This document shows positions 9,187-19,245 of a stretch of 31,869 nucleotides of DNA, in pieces. Under the pieces are notes generated by a model. It saw only the letters and a program-made list of their open reading frames with translations. It was not told the DNA's origin and did not search any database. Location: positions 1 through 31,869 of IMG/VR virus record IMGVR_UViG_3300037467_000545, one strand, 5' to 3'. This DNA comes from a virus (Duplodnaviria; Caudoviricetes). The position numbers were made by a program, and so were the translations under genes. Position 1 is the first letter of the stretch. Every line of letters begins with the position of its first letter.

Positions 9187-10608
9187 GTGCCCGCTAAGGT
9201 CTATCCTCTGGGCGAATGGCAGCCGGACAAGGCCCCATCCCAGACGAACACGCTAAGCGATGCGAGGAACGTGAGGCCGATTGCGAACGGCTATGGTCCA
9301 ATGCCGGGCTTTTCGGGAATCACGCCCACTCTCGGCGGCGCAATCAACGGCGGCGGGGCATTTGTCGGATCGGACGGTAACGCGACCTTCCTTGCCGCGA
9401 CCGCGACGGAGCTTCGTAAATATTCCGGTGCCGCATGGACGAACATTCTGGCGCTGACTTCATCGCGCAGGCTGAGGCTGGCGCAGTTCGGGGACAATAT
9501 CATCGGGGCGGATGGCGGTCAGCTCCTGTCTTACGATCTCATTGCCGGGACAGCCGCTGCAATTGGCTCGGCTCCGTCCAACGCCATAGACGTTGCCCGC
9601 GTTCGCGATTTCGTGATGTGCCTTCGCGCCGACAATGTTGCCGAATGGTGCGAGTTCAACAATTCCGCAAACTGGGGAACGGGGGTAAATCAGGCCGATA
9701 ATCAGCCGCTTCTTTCCGGTGGGGCCGGGGTTGCGATTGTCGGCGGCGAATACGGCATCATCCTCCAGAAAGGCGCGATCAAGCGTGTGTCCTATGTCGG
9801 GCAGGCTGGCGGGCTCGATGTGGTGTTCCAGTTCGACGACATCAGCCAGGAAATCGGCTGCATGGCACAAGGGTCTGTGGCTGCCGTTGGCCGGATGGTG
9901 TTCTTTCTTTCCGAGCGCGGCTTCCAGATGTGCGACGGGGAAAGCGTCAAGCCGATTGGTGACGAGAAGTTCAACCGCTGGTTTTTCAGCGCTTACTCTC
10001 GCGATCAGATCGACACGATGTGGTCGGCAATAGATCCGCGCAATTCGCTGGTGCTGTGGGGCGTTCCGGGCGGTCCCGGCAAGATCATCGCCTACAACTG
10101 GGTATTGGACCGAGCGGCACTTCTCGAATTGCCGTTCACCGGGCTGTTCACAGGATTTACCGCCAACACGTCGCTTGAGGCATTGGACGCGCTCTATCCT
10201 TCGGGACTGGATTCCATCCCGATTAGCCTCGATGACCCGTCGCTTGCCGGGGGCAGTCCGTTGCTCCTCATTGCCGATGCGAGCAATGCGATTGGAACGC
10301 TCTACGGAGACAGTCTGGAAGCGACGTTCCGGCTTCCCAATGTCGAGCCGGTTCCGGGCCGCAGGGCAAGGATCAGGACGGTTCGCCCGATAACGGACGC
10401 GACTGACGTTCAAGTCACCATCGACGCGAGAATGCGGACGGGGGACGCGGAAGCGGTCGTTTCCTGTGCCTCGATGCGTTCGAACGGCAAAATGCCGGTG
10501 CGTGCCAACGGGCGTTACAACACGGTGCAGATGACCATCCCCGCCGGGGCGTCATGGACATACGCACAGGGCATCGAATGCGAGTTTGAAGCCGGGGACG
10601 GACGGTGA
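9187..10608 (+). CDS. tail nozzle / DNA-stabilisation protein (P22 gp10-like)
   Basis: GEWQPD N-terminus, beta-rich, FFLSERGF, IG.EK.NRWF; follows the adaptor. Confidence 0.75.
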   Translation: MPAKVYPLGEWQPDKAPSQTNTLSDARNVRPIANGYGPMPGFSGITPTLGGAINGGGAFVGSDGNATFLAATATELRKYSGAAWTNILALTSSRRLRLAQFGDNIIGADGGQLLSYDLIAGTAAAIGSAPSNAIDVARVRDFVMCLRADNVAEWCEFNNSANWGTGVNQADNQPLLSGGAGVAIVGGEYGIILQKGAIKRVSYVGQAGGLDVVFQFDDISQEIGCMAQGSVAAVGRMVFFLSERGFQMCDGESVKPIGDEKFNRWFFSAYSRDQIDTMWSAIDPRNSLVLWGVPGGPGKIIAYNWVLDRAALLELPFTGLFTGFTANTSLEALDALYPSGLDSIPISLDDPSLAGGSPLLLIADASNAIGTLYGDSLEATFRLPNVEPVPGRRARIRTVRPITDATDVQVTIDARMRTGDAEAVVSCASMRSNGKMPVRANGRYNTVQMTIPAGASWTYAQGIECEFEAGDGR

Positions 10609-10865
10609 GTTTCCCGCGCCTTGCGCCGCTCGGGGACAAGCCTTCGGCCATTTCGCGGGCGGTCAATCACTTGCTGGCGCTTCAGCCGAATGAGGACACC
10701 GCAGCCAACATCGCCTCGGCAACCGCGACGGTGAATGTGGTCGGCAAGTTCTCCGGCAAGATGGTATGGGATACGACGAATAACCGGATGCTTCGGGCGT
10801 CGGGGAAGAACCCGACAGACGCGTGGTGGATACTGGACGGCTCGGCGTCAGTCACGCCGGTTTGA
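10605..10865 (+). CDS. small tail-module hypothetical protein
   Basis: Translationally coupled at both ends (GTGA and TTGA). Confidence 0.65.
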   Translation: MSFPRLAPLGDKPSAISRAVNHLLALQPNEDTAANIASATATVNVVGKFSGKMVWDTTNNRMLRASGKNPTDAWWILDGSASVTPV

Positions 10866-11260
10866 GGATCGGCGTAGTCGCTGATCCGGAGCATTGGAGA
10901 CATTGGCAGCAAGCGAAGGCGTTTCTTGAGCCCGCGAGGGCGCGAGGGGGTTTCGCAAGCGTAATCGAGCCGGACGAAGAAGTGTTCGCGGTTCTCGACG
11001 GAGACGAACTGCTGGCGGTCGCGACGGCGTGGTTCGATGTTGGGCGAAAGCTGGTGGAAGTGAAGCTGGTCGGCGGTCGGGATCACCGCCGTTGGCTCAA
11101 GAATCTGGACAACATGATTGGGGCGATGGCGCGCGATGCGGGGGCAACGCGGCTGATCGCGATTGGGCGGCTTGGGTGGCTGAAAAAGCTCCAGGCCATT
11201 GGGTGGGCGAAGTTGGGCGAAGTGGACGCGAAGACGCTGATCTACTCGCGGGGAGTCTGA
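10862..11260 (+). CDS. GNAT-like protein preceding the ejection genes
   Basis: TTG at 10862; LVGG...RW, A.D.GA.R..A.GR.GW.K.L...GW pattern; syntenic with the GNAT-like gene of podoviruses. Confidence 0.55.
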   Translation: MRIGVVADPEHWRHWQQAKAFLEPARARGGFASVIEPDEEVFAVLDGDELLAVATAWFDVGRKLVEVKLVGGRDHRRWLKNLDNMIGAMARDAGATRLIAIGRLGWLKKLQAIGWAKLGEVDAKTLIYSRGV

Positions 11261-11264
11261 AAAA

Positions 11265-12158
11265 TTGGGCAAGAAGACCTCGAAAACCACGAGCAGCACA
11301 ACGCTGCCATCGTGGGCGACCGGCTTGGCAAAACAGGGCGGCAACCTGATTTACGACACGGTTTCCGGCAATCAGCCGAACCTTCAGGGCATCGCCGGAG
11401 ATATCCAGTCACAGCTTTCCGGCCTCGCGTCTGCGGCATTCGGCCCCAATCCCGGATTGAGCGCGGCCAACGGCTATGCGCAGGACGTTCTGGGCGGCAA
11501 ATACCTTAATTCCAATCCGATGACCGACGCGATGGTTCGGCAGGGCGAGCAGGACGCCGGTAACGCGGTAAACTCGACATTCTCTCAATACGGGCGGACT
11601 GGCGGCGGCAACCATGCGATGGACCTCGCAAGGGGTGTCGCACAGGCCGGGAATGCAATTCGGTTCGGCCAATACAACCAGGAGCGCCAGAATCAGCAGC
11701 AGGCGGCGGGAATGCTGCCCGGCCTGACTGCGGCACAGTTTGCGGGCGTCCCGGCGTATCTGTCGGCGGCACAGACCGCTGGCCAGCTCCCCTATGCGGG
11801 ATTGGGGCCGCTCGCGTCGATGGGCGGACTGTGGGCCGGACAGGGCACGACCACATCGACCCAGCCCGGCGGATGGGGAACCGCGTTGCTGGGCGGACTG
11901 TCGAATATGTTCTCGTTCGCGCCAATCAGCCTCTCGGATCGCAGGCTCAAGGCGGACATCAAGGAGCTTGGCGACTGGGACGGTCGCGGCGACGGGCTCA
12001 AGCGCTACGCCTTCCGCTACAAGTGGGAGAAGCCGGGAACGCGGCATGAAGGCGTCATGGCCGATGAGGTCAAGCGGCTCCGTCCCGCCGCCTACGTCAA
12101 AGGCTTCCTTCACAATGAATATGACGGGGTGAATTACGCCGCACTGGGGGTCGCATAA
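11265..12158 (+). CDS. ejection (DNA transfer) protein with C-terminal peptidase S74-like chaperone domain
   Basis: MGKKTSKTTS N-terminus, G/A/Q-rich body, SDRRLKADI...Y.FRYKW...GVMADEV...V.Y C-terminus. Confidence 0.75.
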   Translation: MGKKTSKTTSSTTLPSWATGLAKQGGNLIYDTVSGNQPNLQGIAGDIQSQLSGLASAAFGPNPGLSAANGYAQDVLGGKYLNSNPMTDAMVRQGEQDAGNAVNSTFSQYGRTGGGNHAMDLARGVAQAGNAIRFGQYNQERQNQQQAAGMLPGLTAAQFAGVPAYLSAAQTAGQLPYAGLGPLASMGGLWAGQGTTTSTQPGGWGTALLGGLSNMFSFAPISLSDRRLKADIKELGDWDGRGDGLKRYAFRYKWEKPGTRHEGVMADEVKRLRPAAYVKGFLHNEYDGVNYAALGVA

Positions 12159-13042
12159 TGGCTTTTCCGATGATGCAGCCGGATTTCGGCAGCCCGCTGT
12201 CCCCGCAATCTGGCGCAATCCCGTCCGTTCTCCAGACAGCTTCGCAGCCGGTCAAGCGTGGGGGAATGTTTGGCGGCGTGTCGATTGATCCGGGCGCGTT
12301 CCTCGCGGCTTTCGCGGCGGGACTGGGCAATCGAGCCGGGCTGGAGCAGCTTCAGAATATCCACCAGCAGCGCCTGTTCCAGCAGCAGCAAGCGGCTGAG
12401 GATGCAAGGGCGGAGGCTAACCGCGCGGGAACGCTTCAGAACGAAATGAAGCTGCTGGATTACAAGCAAATTCTCGACCCGACCAACGGCATGGGCGAGT
12501 TCGAGAAGGCGCTTTATGCTTCCGGCGTGCAGCCGGGAACGCCGGAATGGGCGCAAGCGATGAAAACGCGGACGAATAACCTTCTGGACCCGCCGGTCAT
12601 GACGCCGCAGGGCATGATGCTCCGTTCGCAGGTGGTCGGGGCAGGACAGCCCGCGCCCGCTGGCGTGACGTTCACTCCGATTGATGGAGGTCCGACGCCG
12701 CCCGCGTCGGGCAACTTTCTAGAGAACAATCCCGGCGCGCTCCGCGTCCCCGGCTCGATGCAGTTCCAGCGGTTCTCATCCCCGCAGCAGGGCATAGCGG
12801 CGCAGGAGGCGCTTCTGGGGCGCTACATGGGGCGCGGCCTCAATAACGTGCAGTCGATTGTCGAACGCTACGCGCCCCGCGAGAGCGCTGGCGGCGACAA
12901 CACCGACGCACAGGTGAACAATTATATCGGCTACGTTTCAAAGCGGCTCGGCGTCCAACCCGGACAGCAGATTACGCCCGCGATGCTTTCCCTACTTGGG
13001 CAGGCGATGCGTGAGTTCGAGACAGGCAAAAGGGCATATTGA
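12158..13042 (+). CDS. ejection protein with C-terminal lysozyme-like domain
   Basis: Q-rich N-half, P/G linker, then NNPGALR..FQRF.SP..G..A...LL.RY...IVERYAP...N....YI.YV, typical of virion muramidase-like domains. Confidence 0.7.
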   Translation: MAFPMMQPDFGSPLSPQSGAIPSVLQTASQPVKRGGMFGGVSIDPGAFLAAFAAGLGNRAGLEQLQNIHQQRLFQQQQAAEDARAEANRAGTLQNEMKLLDYKQILDPTNGMGEFEKALYASGVQPGTPEWAQAMKTRTNNLLDPPVMTPQGMMLRSQVVGAGQPAPAGVTFTPIDGGPTPPASGNFLENNPGALRVPGSMQFQRFSSPQQGIAAQEALLGRYMGRGLNNVQSIVERYAPRESAGGDNTDAQVNNYIGYVSKRLGVQPGQQITPAMLSLLGQAMREFETGKRAY

Positions 13043-15687
13043 TGGCGCAATACGCTGAAGGCCAGCGGCTCAAGGGCAGCGACGGCAATATGTATGTCGT
13101 TCGCAACGGCGTGCCCGTCATGGACAGCGCTCCGCTGATTTCCAGCCCGCTCCTGCCTGCCCAGACGCGGCGGGCGCAGAACGAGGCAGCGGCGAGCAAC
13201 TTCGCTCCGCAGACCGCACAGGCCGATGCGACGATCAAGAGCGCACAGGCCGGGACCGCCGAGACTGTCGCGCAGGCCGAGGCTCGCAAAGCGGAAGCGG
13301 ATGCACGCAAGGCAGAGGTAGAGGCGAGCGGTGGCGGTCCGAAACTGGCACCTGCCCAGCGTTCGGCTGCGATCCAGCAATACACCTATTCCCAGCAGCT
13401 CCAAGACACGATTGACCAGCTCAACCAGCTTTACGCGAGTGGTCCGGGGGCAACGTCTGGCGTCGGCGGCCTGAAGGATTTTCTCCCTCTCCCGCAAAAC
13501 AAGAATTTCGACACAGCGGCCAATGCGGCGCGCGGCATTGTCGGCCAAACACTCAATTTCACTGGCGGACAGTTGAACACTCCGCAGGAGGCGGCACAGG
13601 CAATCGGCCCGTTCCTGCCGAAGTCCAGCGATTTCGATTCCACGATCATCCAGAAGATCAAAACGCTCCAGGACTTGGCGGACCGTGGCAGACAGAACGC
13701 AATTGCAACGCTCGGCGGTATCCCCGACGCAAACGGCAACGTCACGCCCGTCCCGCAGGCTCCCGCAGCGCCAACCCCGGCGACTGGCGCGACACTCCCG
13801 CCCGACCAGCAGACGCTCGCGACCGGCGGAACGCGCGATGTTGTCGATCCTGTCCTGAAGGCCACCGCAGGCCGTATCGGGCAAATGGTCGCGTCCGGCG
13901 TTCCCGACGATCAAATCCTCAAGTTCATGTCGGACAGCGGAATCAACCCGGCGAACACCAATATCGGAGAAACGCTTCGCACCCGCGCGACCGATCCGAA
14001 TTTCAAAAAATGGCAGCGCGCCAATCCCGGCGCACCCTACCCTGTCGGCCCAAGTCTCTACACGAAACAGGTTCCGATGACGGCGACCCGCGCGCTGTTC
14101 AATGCGACGGCGGCGAACAACACGGGCGGTGCTGTCCTTGCGGCTCCGGTCGCGGCTGCCAACGCCCTGACCGGCGGATACCTGAACGACATTATCGGAG
14201 CGACCGGCGGAAGCGCACAGGAAGCGCAGAACGGCATCGACCTGATGCGCGGTGTTCACCCGCTTGCGTCCCTTGGAGGCGATGTTGCGGGCTACGCGAC
14301 CGCTGAGGGACTCGCGGGGCTTGCTCCGGGCGTAAAAGCATTGACCGCGACCAAGTTTGGCCGTCGCGGGCTGGATGCAGCCTACGGGGCCTTCAGCGGC
14401 TCAGGCGAGAACGACGATAATCGGGTTCTAGGAGCTCTTGCCGGCGCTCCGATCAACATGGCTGGCGGCATGTTCGGACGCGGCGTTTTGCGCGCGGCTG
14501 GCGGCGCGGCGAGCGGCATTACCAATCCGGACCTGAAGTTGCTCGATCAGGCGGGCATCCCGTTGACTGTCGGTCGCATCGCTCGCGGTGCTGGGGATTT
14601 CAACCCGGCCAACCCGTCAACGCCCGGCGACGAGTTCGGGCGCACCATCGGCGGACTGGAAGATCGGTTCGCGGGCTTCCCCGGACTGGACGCGGTTATC
14701 GGCACGGCTCGCCAGCGCGGCGATCAGGCATTCAATCAGGCCGCATTCCGCAATATCGCTCCTGGCGTCACCGGAACCGGCGCGGATGGGCTTCTCAACG
14801 CCAAGACGGTCGAAGCGGCGGCTTACAACAAGCTCAATCCGGTTCGGCTGTCTGTCGATACGCCGTTCACTGACTCGCTGAGCGCCGCTGAAACCGCCGC
14901 CAATGGCCTTTCGCACCATGCTGGCGACGTTCGCTCCGTCATCGGAGACATTCGCAATCAGATTGCCGATAATGGCATGACCGGCAAGGGCTATCAGACT
15001 GCGCTCCAGTCGATCCGCAAAACCCGCGCCACGCTCAACGACGATGTGGGCGGGAAAGCGGCGAACGTTCTCAACGGGCTGGAACAGAGCGTTGCCGACC
15101 TTGGCGACCGCCAGGGCGGACAGGTTGCACAGGACTTGGCCGCTGCCAACGCGATCCATGCCAACAGGCAGATCGTAAAGACGGCCCTCAAGAGCGGAGT
15201 TGCCCAGCGATCCGGCGAAATGTTCTCGCCAAGCACGCTCAATCAGGCGTCCATCACGAATACGACCAAGTTTGGCGGACTCGATAAGGCGCTTTCGTCG
15301 GATCGCCCGTTCTACGATCTCACATCGGCGGGAATGAAGGTCATGCCGAACCTCACTCCGGATTCGGGGACGGCTGGACGGCTGTTGCTCTATCCGTTGA
15401 TCGCAGGTGCCGGTGGAGCTGGACTTGGCGCTGCCACGGGCGGCGAAGATCGGGCGGGCGGCGCTGAAACTGGCGCGGGGCTTGGCTTGCTGGCGCTAGG
15501 GGCTGGTTTTGGTCCCTACAGCCGCACCGGCCAGAGGGTAATCCAGCGCGCGTTGCTGGGAGAACGCCCGGAGTTCGTGAAGGCCATTGGAGACAGGCTG
15601 AAAATGGCACAGCGCATCGCCGGAATGTTTGGGGCCTCTGCGGCTCGCGATTACTTCCTTCAGCCGGAGCTTAACCCAGCGCCATAA
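13042..15687 (+). CDS. large ejection/DNA transfer protein
   Basis: About 880 aa, A/G-rich with hydrophobic segments and a PDSGTAGR motif; third gene of the ejection cluster; TGATG coupling. Confidence 0.7.
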   Translation: MAQYAEGQRLKGSDGNMYVVRNGVPVMDSAPLISSPLLPAQTRRAQNEAAASNFAPQTAQADATIKSAQAGTAETVAQAEARKAEADARKAEVEASGGGPKLAPAQRSAAIQQYTYSQQLQDTIDQLNQLYASGPGATSGVGGLKDFLPLPQNKNFDTAANAARGIVGQTLNFTGGQLNTPQEAAQAIGPFLPKSSDFDSTIIQKIKTLQDLADRGRQNAIATLGGIPDANGNVTPVPQAPAAPTPATGATLPPDQQTLATGGTRDVVDPVLKATAGRIGQMVASGVPDDQILKFMSDSGINPANTNIGETLRTRATDPNFKKWQRANPGAPYPVGPSLYTKQVPMTATRALFNATAANNTGGAVLAAPVAAANALTGGYLNDIIGATGGSAQEAQNGIDLMRGVHPLASLGGDVAGYATAEGLAGLAPGVKALTATKFGRRGLDAAYGAFSGSGENDDNRVLGALAGAPINMAGGMFGRGVLRAAGGAASGITNPDLKLLDQAGIPLTVGRIARGAGDFNPANPSTPGDEFGRTIGGLEDRFAGFPGLDAVIGTARQRGDQAFNQAAFRNIAPGVTGTGADGLLNAKTVEAAAYNKLNPVRLSVDTPFTDSLSAAETAANGLSHHAGDVRSVIGDIRNQIADNGMTGKGYQTALQSIRKTRATLNDDVGGKAANVLNGLEQSVADLGDRQGGQVAQDLAAANAIHANRQIVKTALKSGVAQRSGEMFSPSTLNQASITNTTKFGGLDKALSSDRPFYDLTSAGMKVMPNLTPDSGTAGRLLLYPLIAGAGGAGLGAATGGEDRAGGAETGAGLGLLALGAGFGPYSRTGQRVIQRALLGERPEFVKAIGDRLKMAQRIAGMFGASAARDYFLQPELNPAP

Positions 15688-16024
15688 AGGCGATGATCCC
15701 GAACAGGAGCATGACCCAACCGATCTTCGCGCCGGTCCAGACGCCGCGCGCAAGGGGGACAATCGTTCCATGCGGCTCGAACAACAGGGCTTCCGGACCG
15801 CACAGGCCATCATCGGCTCTGGCGGTGTGAAGGGACACATCGAACCGCTCTGAATACTGGCCCGTGACTGGGGAAAACTTGGGCACCGCGTAGGCGGGAT
15901 TGCCGCACGTCCCCATCAGGGTCCGGAAACGACATTCTGAACAGGGAGGGCCTGCCGTTTTCGCCACTCTGGCGATGGCAGCGGCCTCGTCCAAACGCGC
16001 TCTAGCCGCAGCGATGCGATCCAC
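15671..16024 (-). CDS. moron-like hypothetical protein with four Cys and a C-terminal TM helix
   Basis: CSEC, CGNP and CGPE motifs; hydrophobic C-terminus; antisense to the late operon and fills the gap. Confidence 0.65.
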   Translation of the reverse strand: MDRIAAARARLDEAAAIARVAKTAGPPCSECRFRTLMGTCGNPAYAVPKFSPVTGQYSERFDVSLHTARADDGLCGPEALLFEPHGTIVPLARGVWTGAKIGWVMLLFGIIAFMALG

Positions 16025-16030
16025 GCGCCA

Positions 16031-16058
16031 AACTTACCCGATTTCACCCTCAGAACAA
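16031..16058 (-). promoter_or_regulatory. putative leaderless sigma70 promoter for 16024-15671
   Basis: TTGTTC-N16-TAAGTT-N6-GTG on the minus strand; no SD. Confidence 0.4.
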
Positions 16059-16077
16059 AGCAAAAACGGAGACGCCC

Positions 16078-16416
16078 GTGTCTTTCGGCTCGTATTCGAC
16101 CACGCCTGCCTCGAACGTCACCTGTGGCGGCGTTTCGGTCGCGGAAAATTGCGCCGCCGGGAATGTGAACGATGCTTTGCGCCAGCTCATGGCCGATGGG
16201 CGCTCGCTTTACGACACCGTTGCGGCAATCGACATTTCGACGCTGATGCCCAAGTCCGGCGGCGCGTTTACGAACAACCCGACCCGCTCCGGTTCCGGCG
16301 GCTATCTCTACAACGCCAATTCTGCCCAAGGCGGCGGCAAGGTCAGCTTTCTCGCCAGCGGTTCGGCCAACCCCTCCGCGCCGACTGAGGGCGACGTGGC
16401 GCTCTTCTTCTCGTGA
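16078..16416 (+). CDS. tail fibre/spike attachment protein
   Basis: YSTTPASN...GV.VAENC....VNDALRQLMAD head domain; MPKSGGAFT; GGAGA SD. Confidence 0.7.
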   Translation: MSFGSYSTTPASNVTCGGVSVAENCAAGNVNDALRQLMADGRSLYDTVAAIDISTLMPKSGGAFTNNPTRSGSGGYLYNANSAQGGGKVSFLASGSANPSAPTEGDVALFFS

Positions 16417-16886
16417 TCGTCCGCATAGGCGCTGCATGGCGCACGGTCACAAGCGGCAAGGTCTATCTCAACGGAGCATGGCGCACGCTCACCAATGGCA
16501 GGGCATATGTGTCCGGCGCTTGGCGCGATGTCGTAAGTTTCGCGCAACCATTCACCGGGATCACTATCACACCCGCTGAGCCGGGCGGATCGAGTTCGAC
16601 CAGTGACACGATGACATCGAGTTTCGCCACGGCCACCCCGACCGGCGGACTTGCTCCGTTCACCTATAGCTGGACGCTGGTTTCCAGCACCGGCCTTACC
16701 GCAATCACGATCAACAATCCGACAAGCGCTTCAACCAGCGTGACGGCGACGATCTCTCCCGGCGGCGCGGGCACATCCGGGTCAGCGACACTCCAATGCA
16801 CCGCAACGGATACGCTCGGCGCGTCCAAAAGCGCGTCCGTCACCTTCCACCTCACGCATGACTCATCGCCCGGCGGCACGTCCTAG
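16413..16886 (+). CDS. tail protein with N-terminal 14-aa (G/A)AWR repeats and an S/T-rich Ig-like domain
   Basis: AAWRTVTSGKVYLN-GAWRTLTNGRAYVS-GAWRDV; GG.APFTYSW; C.ATD..G. Confidence 0.7.
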   Translation: MIVRIGAAWRTVTSGKVYLNGAWRTLTNGRAYVSGAWRDVVSFAQPFTGITITPAEPGGSSSTSDTMTSSFATATPTGGLAPFTYSWTLVSSTGLTAITINNPTSASTSVTATISPGGAGTSGSATLQCTATDTLGASKSASVTFHLTHDSSPGGTS

Positions 16887-16899
16887 CAAGGGATAATCC

Positions 16900-19245
16900 A
16901 TGTTCCATTTCTTCAAGGCGATCACCAACAAGAATGGTGACGCGCTAGTCGGCTATTACGTCAAGGTCGCGGATTCGGTCGGCAATGTCGTTCCGCTCTA
17001 CGCCGACTCCAGCGGGACGCCCATCGTCAATGTGAGCGGGCTTGCCGACACCGCCAAGGTGGACACCAACGGCAACGCGTCGTTCTACGTCAACCCCGGC
17101 GAATACACGCTCAACATTTACGCTCCGGACGCGACGACACTTTACCTGCCGGTCCCCGATATGCCGATGGGGCTCAACACGATCACGCTCGCCTCGGGGT
17201 CGTCGGTTGCCACCATCGCCGGGCTTCAGGGCATCGCGCTTCCGGTTGCGAACCAGTCGGCAATCCTCACCCTTGCTGGCCGCGAAGGCACGTTCGTATT
17301 CGACGCATCCGACCTCTCCGCGAAAGTCACCGCAGACACGCTCCAGGGCATTTACGTCGCCCCTTCCTCCGACACCACCGGGGCGTCGGGCGCGTGGGTC
17401 CGCAAATACAAGGGCGGCGCTGATCCAAGGTGGTTCGGCTGCACTCTTGACGGCGTAACCGACGACAAGGCCGCGTTCACCGCCGCAATCACGGTCGCAA
17501 AGCACGTCATCGTTCCAGATGGCTTCACGCTCCACACCACGGGCGAAATCCAGCTTCCGAGCAACACGCACATCGAGGGCAAGGGGGGCACGGTCGATTT
17601 CCTCGCCTCGACGGTTGGGACCGGCCAGCGCCTTTTCTCACTGACCGATAGCGTGTCGAATATCCGCATTACCGGCCTCAACATCACCTGTTCGTCGGAC
17701 GTGGATTTCATCGGCCTCATCCGCATGTCGCAGCTTGCCGGGACCACGCTGGACGGGCTGGACGTTCTCAACAATGTCGTCACCTATTCCGCCACGCCTA
17801 GCACTTCTGCGGACAGGTGGTTCGTGGTCGGGACGGGGCCGGGAACGCGAAAAAACATTCGCGTCAACGGCAACCGGCTTGATGGACCGATGCAGCTCAT
17901 GGCCACTCCGGTCGCGGTGGGCACGTTCCAGGATAGCGAGATTTGCTACAACCGGGTCCACAATTCGCGGTCCAACTCGATCTCGCTTCTGTCTGCTGGC
18001 GACATCAACGCGACCTATCCTTGCGCGCTCTCCAACGTGAAGGTGACGGATAACGTCATCACGGCGGACGCTTACACCAGCATCGGCATTGTCGTGGGCA
18101 TCGACTCCACCGGGGCCAACGACAAGAACATGAACATCCAGAACCTGTTGATTGCCCGCAACAAGATCGACATTACCGGAAGCTCGAACAAGACCGCCGA
18201 CATCTGGATCAGGCTGGCCAATCAGGCGGTTGCGGCGGGCGGCTTTAACAGCGTTTCCGATCACATCGTCATTGCCGATAATGACCTCTCCTACGCCGTC
18301 ACCATTGCCCAGAACCCGATTTCGCTGGCGGGGTTGTCGCAGATCACCAACTTTGCCTTCACCGGCAACACGTTCACCAACAACGCGACCGGAATCGACA
18401 TCAATCTTCGCTACCTTGCGACGGGCGCGACGATCACAAACAACAGGTTCCCAATCGGAACCGGCCTTCGCCTTGGCGAGCTGTGCGGCACAATTTTCTC
18501 GCAGGGCAATATCTATAGCATCCTCACGAATACCTCGAACGACGCTGAGTTCACATGGCGCTCGCTTGGGGACACCTATCTCGGCTCTGCCTCTGGAACC
18601 GACCGCGTTTGCACCTTCAACGCCAACGCGGGCAAGGTTCAGGTCGCTTACTTCGACCGCTGCACCATCGACACCTCCACCACCGGGGCATCGGGCAAGA
18701 GGTCTGCCATCTACACCTTGGGCGCGGGCGCTCCGACTGTTTACGTCCGCAACCTAACGTCCTCGACAACGTGGGGCCTGAGCCTGTTTGAAGTCTCCAC
18801 GGGTTCGGTCACCGCCTACGGGGACACTGGAACCCTAGCTGCTGCGAACACCTGGACAGCGGCCCAGACGTTCCAAGGCTCGGTCAAGGTTACGAGCGCG
18901 ACAGCGGGCATCGGCTACGGCACGGGCGCGGGCGGAACCGTCACGCAGGCGACATCAAAAGCTACCGGAGTCACCCTCAACAAGTCGTGCGGCCAGATCA
19001 CGATGAACAACGCGGCGCTGGCGGCGGGAACGATTGTGTCCTTTGTCGTCACCAACAGCGCCGTCAGCGCGGGCGACCTTATCGTTCTGAATCACATCGC
19101 CGGGGGAACGGTCGGAGCCTACACCCTGAACGCGGCCACGCCGAGCGCGGGGCAGTTCACGATGTATGTCCGCAACAATACGGCGGGTTCGCTGTCGGAA
19201 GCGCTGGTGATCGAGTTCGCGGTCATAAAGGCCACTACGTCCTAG
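16900..19245 (+). CDS. tailspike / receptor-binding depolymerase (pectin-lyase-like beta-helix)
   Basis: DPRWFG..LDGVTDD.AAF..AI beta-helix cap; N/I/T-rich rungs; C-terminal GIGYGTGAGGTVTQATSK.TGVTLNK domain. Confidence 0.85.
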   Translation: MFHFFKAITNKNGDALVGYYVKVADSVGNVVPLYADSSGTPIVNVSGLADTAKVDTNGNASFYVNPGEYTLNIYAPDATTLYLPVPDMPMGLNTITLASGSSVATIAGLQGIALPVANQSAILTLAGREGTFVFDASDLSAKVTADTLQGIYVAPSSDTTGASGAWVRKYKGGADPRWFGCTLDGVTDDKAAFTAAITVAKHVIVPDGFTLHTTGEIQLPSNTHIEGKGGTVDFLASTVGTGQRLFSLTDSVSNIRITGLNITCSSDVDFIGLIRMSQLAGTTLDGLDVLNNVVTYSATPSTSADRWFVVGTGPGTRKNIRVNGNRLDGPMQLMATPVAVGTFQDSEICYNRVHNSRSNSISLLSAGDINATYPCALSNVKVTDNVITADAYTSIGIVVGIDSTGANDKNMNIQNLLIARNKIDITGSSNKTADIWIRLANQAVAAGGFNSVSDHIVIADNDLSYAVTIAQNPISLAGLSQITNFAFTGNTFTNNATGIDINLRYLATGATITNNRFPIGTGLRLGELCGTIFSQGNIYSILTNTSNDAEFTWRSLGDTYLGSASGTDRVCTFNANAGKVQVAYFDRCTIDTSTTGASGKRSAIYTLGAGAPTVYVRNLTSSTTWGLSLFEVSTGSVTAYGDTGTLAAANTWTAAQTFQGSVKVTSATAGIGYGTGAGGTVTQATSKATGVTLNKSCGQITMNNAALAAGTIVSFVVTNSAVSAGDLIVLNHIAGGTVGAYTLNAATPSAGQFTMYVRNNTAGSLSEALVIEFAVIKATTS

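Noticed and set aside
16413-19245. Diversity-generating retroelement or invertible tail cassette
   Set aside because: No reverse transcriptase or invertase, and no template/variable repeat pair seen. The GAWR repeats are ordinary protein repeats.
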